Source: an uncultured Lentisphaeria bacterium (lineage in GTDB: Bacteria; Verrucomicrobiota; Lentisphaeria; Victivallales; Victivallaceae). From it: DNA of 64,000 nucleotides. A program made the position numbers and the translations under genes. The notes below the pieces were generated by a model. That model was given only the letters and a program-made list of their open reading frames with translations, ran no database searches and was not told the DNA's origin. The DNA is taken from assembly GCA_949282965.1 (NCBI GenBank), contig CASDQW010000010.1, positions 4,243 to 68,242 on the forward strand. The letters run 5' to 3'. Numbering within the stretch: the stretch's first letter is position 1; every line of letters starts with the position of its first letter. Below, in pieces: positions 60,651 to 64,000 of the stretch.

Positions 60651-62063
60651 TCACGGAGCCGGCACCGGATAGGAGGCCTTGACATAATCCAGCAGAATCT
60701 TCGGTACCGATTCCAGGATCACCGGCTGCGGCGATTTGGCGCTGACAATGGCAAACAGCCGGGATTTGCGTCCCCGCGCCTTTCGCACCATGCGGCCGGT
60801 AATGGCGCAGCGATAGGTCTCCCGCTGTTCCGGCAGAATCAGTTGGACGGTCCCGGCCTGCCCGTCCCGCTTCACGGAAAAGCCGTAAGGCAGCTGGCTG
60901 CCCGGTTTGCCGGAGAGAAATTGTTCCTGCACAATTTCCTGAAGCTCGTCAAGTGTCAGCGTCACCACCACCACCCCGCCCTGTTCAAACGGATAGGCGT
61001 TGAACAAATCACCGCGGGTGATGTCGTTTTCAAAAAACGCCTCCCGGACCGGCGGCGAAATCAAGGCGAGGTCGGCCCCGGTTGCCCGCAGAAACGCTTC
61101 GCCGAAAAACCGGGCCATGGAATCGTCCCGGGTCGAAATCCGGCGGGAGGTATGACCGATCACCACACCGGCATCCCGTTCCGCCTCAGCATTGAGCAAC
61201 CGTATGGCCGCGGACGGTTGATACCGGTCCGTGCCTTCCGGCGTCTCGTCTCCACGGATGTATTCCGTAGCGACATCGACGACCTTTTTCCGCTCCGTGT
61301 CATATTGGATAACCGCCCGTCCCACGCCTCCGGCATGGCATCCGGGCTGAAGAACCCGGGTGTCCGCACCGAGCGTTTCCCGGATGATTTTGTGCGTGTG
61401 TCCGGCGGCAATCAGATTGATTTCCGGATATTTCCGCGCAATGCGGCGCAGCTTGTCCGACTGGTTGCTGCCGTAATGGCAGGCGAGAATCACGACGTCC
61501 GGCTCGGCCCGGCGAACTTCCGGCATGACCCGGTCCATGGTCGGTTCCAGATCGGACAAAACGAAATCCTCATCCGCAAAATAGAACCGGTTCAGCGTGG
61601 GGTAGGTCAGCCCGATCACGGCAATCCTCACCCCTTTGCGTTCGATGATGCGAAACGGCGCAACATCAGCCTGATTCCGCTTCAAGTCCAGGTTCGCCAT
61701 CAGCGTCTGCCCCCGGCATGTTCGAATCTGTTCCAGCAACAGCGGCAGCCCGCGGTCGAATTCATGATTGCCGGGAATCCAGAAATCATACTTGAGATCA
61801 TTCAGGTATTGAATGCCGACCATTCCCCGGGAGGAATGTCCCACGTAAGTACCGATAACGGTGTCGCCGCAGTCGATCAGCACCGCCTGCGGATCCGCTT
61901 CCCGTTCCCGGGTCAGGATGCCGCCCAGCCGGGCGACCTCCGCTTCCGTCAGATGCGCGTGAATGTCCGTGGTGGTCAGAACGGTGATGGTCTTCACCGG
62001 ATCGGCGACACAAACGCCCGCTGTCAGCAGCAGCCAGACCAGCGACAAAATAATTCTGTTCAT
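60651..62063 (-). CDS. secreted bifunctional metallophosphatase/5'-nucleotidase (UshA family)
   Basis: Signal peptide MNRIILSLVWLLLTAGVCVADP. TTDIHAH, DCGDTVIGT, PGNHEFD, GHTH metallophosphatase motifs, and a C-terminal 5'-nucleotidase-like domain. Confidence 0.8.
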   Translation of the reverse strand: MNRIILSLVWLLLTAGVCVADPVKTITVLTTTDIHAHLTEAEVARLGGILTREREADPQAVLIDCGDTVIGTYVGHSSRGMVGIQYLNDLKYDFWIPGNHEFDRGLPLLLEQIRTCRGQTLMANLDLKRNQADVAPFRIIERKGVRIAVIGLTYPTLNRFYFADEDFVLSDLEPTMDRVMPEVRRAEPDVVILACHYGSNQSDKLRRIARKYPEINLIAAGHTHKIIRETLGADTRVLQPGCHAGGVGRAVIQYDTERKKVVDVATEYIRGDETPEGTDRYQPSAAIRLLNAEAERDAGVVIGHTSRRISTRDDSMARFFGEAFLRATGADLALISPPVREAFFENDITRGDLFNAYPFEQGGVVVVTLTLDELQEIVQEQFLSGKPGSQLPYGFSVKRDGQAGTVQLILPEQRETYRCAITGRMVRKARGRKSRLFAIVSAKSPQPVILESVPKILLDYVKASYPVPAP

Positions 62064-62102
62064 CGTGCGCTCCTCTTAAATCCGAAAACGTTCGCTGCCG
62101 CC

Positions 62103-62867
62103 TCACCAGGGATTGGCGGCCGCCACGTTGACGCCGTTCTGGTCGAAATACCGGATCTTCGTCCAGTCCTTGTCGGTGTTGTGGCCGTCCAACCCCGGCA
62201 TCTGGTCAAAACTTTCCTTGATCTTTCCGGAAAATGCCCCGCCCTGCACGGATTCCGCGTGTCCGTCCAGAAACATCAGATTGATGCTGCCCCGGTGAAT
62301 GGCAATGAATCCGGTGTCCGAAGAAAAGAACGCGGCACGGCTGTAATGACCGGGAGGAGTCGTAGTCGTCGCCCAGCTGTCGCCGATATACAAAGTCCGG
62401 GCATGGTGGCGCACACGTTTCGTATTCAGCCAGGCCTTGCTCCCTTTGCCGACGACCTGTCCGGCCAGCAGCGTATTCTGATGGCGGGCGCCGTAAGTCC
62501 GCTCGAAAAACCACTTGTCGTTCTTTTTCGCCTCATCGGGTTTCGCTCCGAAAGCAACCACCGCCGGGCATTGCACCAGGGACAACTTCGGCACCACGCT
62601 GCCGGTGCTTCTCACATAGGTCGCCAGCAGTCCTGCACTCAGCAGAGACCCGGTCCAGCCGCGGTCGGGTTCATACAGCGGGGTGATACCGTTGAAAACG
62701 TCCTGATACATGGCCGAGTCCAGGCCGATCTGCCGGAGATTGCTCAGGCAATGGACCTGTTTGGCTTTGGCGCGCGCGCCGGAAAGGGCCGGCAGCAGCA
62801 TGCCGGAGAGGATGGCGATAATCGCCATCACCACCAGCAGTTCAATCAACGTAAATGTCTTTCTCAT
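62103..62867 (-). CDS. DUF1559-type pseudopilin-like protein (H-X9-DG)
   Basis: [48 protein letters not shown]...VQCPAV...[14 protein letters not shown]. Confidence 0.85.
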   Translation of the reverse strand: MRKTFTLIELLVVMAIIAILSGMLLPALSGARAKAKQVHCLSNLRQIGLDSAMYQDVFNGITPLYEPDRGWTGSLLSAGLLATYVRSTGSVVPKLSLVQCPAVVAFGAKPDEAKKNDKWFFERTYGARHQNTLLAGQVVGKGSKAWLNTKRVRHHARTLYIGDSWATTTTPPGHYSRAAFFSSDTGFIAIHRGSINLMFLDGHAESVQGGAFSGKIKESFDQMPGLDGHNTDKDWTKIRYFDQNGVNVAAANPW

Positions 62868-63007
62868 CTTTTCTCATCTCCTTTTCCGAGTGAATGGAGA
62901 CAAGATACCCGTTCCAGGTTTTTCTTTGATGAAAGACAGGTTTGGTTTTGATGAGAATTCCGGTCTTCATGCAATACGGTGTGATCGCGCTTCCCGGCCT
63001 GTATAAG

Positions 63008-63048
63008 AAAAAAACGGAGAAGCAGCGAATCCATCCACCGCTTCTCCG
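63008..63048 (-). terminator. rho-independent terminator after the upstream oxidoreductase gene
   Basis: Minus strand: cggagaagc-(16 nt loop)-gcttctccg 9 bp stem followed by ttttttt. It separates the 63071+ gene from the pilin-like/5'-nucleotidase unit. Confidence 0.6.
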
Positions 63049-63070
63049 GAGTTGGGACCGGTCAGTCCGG

Positions 63071-64000
63071 TCAGCGTCGCGCCGCGTCCCGGGCGGCGGC
63101 AAGCGTGGCGTATTTGGTCAGCAGGTTGGCCCGGCTGTTGGCCGGTTCGGCACCGCCGTCCACCATGGCGAGAAATTCGTCGCGCACGGCGGCGAAGTGC
63201 ATTTCGTGGGTGGTCCGCAGCGCGGCGGGAATGTCGATCCGGAAGCGGTCGCCTTCCCGGACCGCCTTCAACCCCTGGAAGCGGGACTCCCGGAGCGCCT
63301 GTTCCAGTTTCGGAGCGAGCCGGTCGCAATCGCCATCCGCGGGGACGACGAACAGCTCCGCTCTGCCGCCGGTCGCGGGGCCCTGCTCGATCAGCAATTC
63401 GGCTCCGGTACCGCGCATGACGGAACGCTGGGTGTCGCCGCCGCCCGGCTCCGCTTCCAGCGCCCAGACCACGGAAATCCGCACGGGAACGCCCCGCAGC
63501 GTATAGGTAAATTCACCGTTGCTGCGCAGCGCCAGCACCCCGTCCTTCACCCGGTCCGCCAGTTCCGGCGGGAAGCCGTCACGCCGGGTCACTTCGCAAT
63601 ATTTCGCCAGCGGCACGGCGGTATCCCAGGTACGGGCGTCCAGAATCCGAACGTCCCGGTCAAAATCCAGCGATTCGTCGCCGAACACCATCCACTGCAC
63701 GATGTCCACCAGATGGGTGGTCACGTCGACAATGCCTTCTCCCTGGACATTCACATCCAGATACCAGGCGGGACGGACCAGCGGTGTACCGTTGACCAGC
63801 TTACACAGATGGTGGACACTCTCCTTTTCGATCGCGGGCTTGTCGCCGTCGCAACGCAGTGTGCCGAAGATCGCTTTGTTCCGGAAGAGTTCCCGCTGCA
63901 GCAGCGTGGTCATTTCATGCCGTTCCGTCATGATGTCCATCAGCACCGGATCGGTGGCGAGAATCTTCCGCAGCACTGCCACGCCGGCGTCGTCAATGGT
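63071..64000 (-). CDS. Gfo/Idh/MocA-type oxidoreductase, C-terminal part (the 5' end is beyond the right edge)
   Basis: The frame remains open upstream of the track Met (…IDDAGVAVLRKILATDPV…). TERHEMTTLLQRELF...VNVQGEGIVDVTTHLVDIVQW resembles the C-terminal dimerisation domain of putative oxidoreductases. Confidence 0.55.
   Translation of the reverse strand, partial: TIDDAGVAVLRKILATDPVLMDIMTERHEMTTLLQRELFRNKAIFGTLRCDGDKPAIEKESVHHLCKLVNGTPLVRPAWYLDVNVQGEGIVDVTTHLVDIVQWMVFGDESLDFDRDVRILDARTWDTAVPLAKYCEVTRRDGFPPELADRVKDGVLALRSNGEFTYTLRGVPVRISVVWALEAEPGGGDTQRSVMRGTGAELLIEQGPATGGRAELFVVPADGDCDRLAPKLEQALRESRFQGLKAVREGDRFRIDIPAALRTTHEMHFAAVRDEFLAMVDGGAEPANSRANLLTKYATLAAARDAARR

Noticed and set aside
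60597-62951. 784-aa plus-strand ORF, with similar long ORFs at 652-1893, 14234-16435, 32179-33627, 36665-38740, 38509-40389 and 53006-54277
   Set aside because: All are antisense to genes with strong family signatures (5'-nucleotidase plus pilin-like, lyase, ankyrin protein, serS, dehydrogenase/nifU, proS, aroA). All show the R/P/G-rich shadow-ORF composition.

Overview
High-GC (by eye low-60s % G+C, not computed) bacterial chromosomal segment. It is densely coded and mostly minus-strand. The many [15 protein letters not shown]...H-X9-DG(H) pseudopilin-like proteins suggest a PVC-superphylum organism (Lentisphaerota/Kiritimatiellota-like); this is inference only. About 50 CDS, one tRNA-Val(GAC) and several clear rho-independent terminators are supported. 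I found no CRISPR array, rRNA, transposase or integrase. The housekeeping block (about 21.6-49.7 kb and 53-60 kb) holds hisF, a malic enzyme, aroG-type DAHP synthase, serS, an rpiB-glyA fusion, an LMW phosphatase, ispH, nifU, proS, a large NAD-GDH, galM, cysK, aroA, cinA, clpC and uxuA. The accessory parts are more interesting. (1) Five canonical DUF1559-type pseudopilin-like genes are present, and four of them are the first gene of a tight pair with a signal-peptide enzyme: two heparinase II/III-like lyases, an alkaline-phosphatase/metallophosphoesterase fusion, and a 5'-nucleotidase. Two of these pairs have divergent AraC regulators. One pseudopilin gene is frameshifted, and four lack the Gly(-1) expected for prepilin peptidase cleavage. 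(2) The only Gly(-1) paralog has Ser/Thr-rich tracts and sits directly upstream of a Wzy_C/TPR membrane protein. That protein is translationally coupled to a GT-C-like membrane protein, and a secreted ankyrin-repeat protein follows. Together these are a candidate pilin glycosylation locus. (3) A clearly AT-richer island of about 3.3 kb lies next to tRNA-Val and carries only unknown genes, including a leaderless DUF1559-like protein. Very long R/G/P-rich antisense ORFs in the track are GC-driven shadow frames and were rejected.
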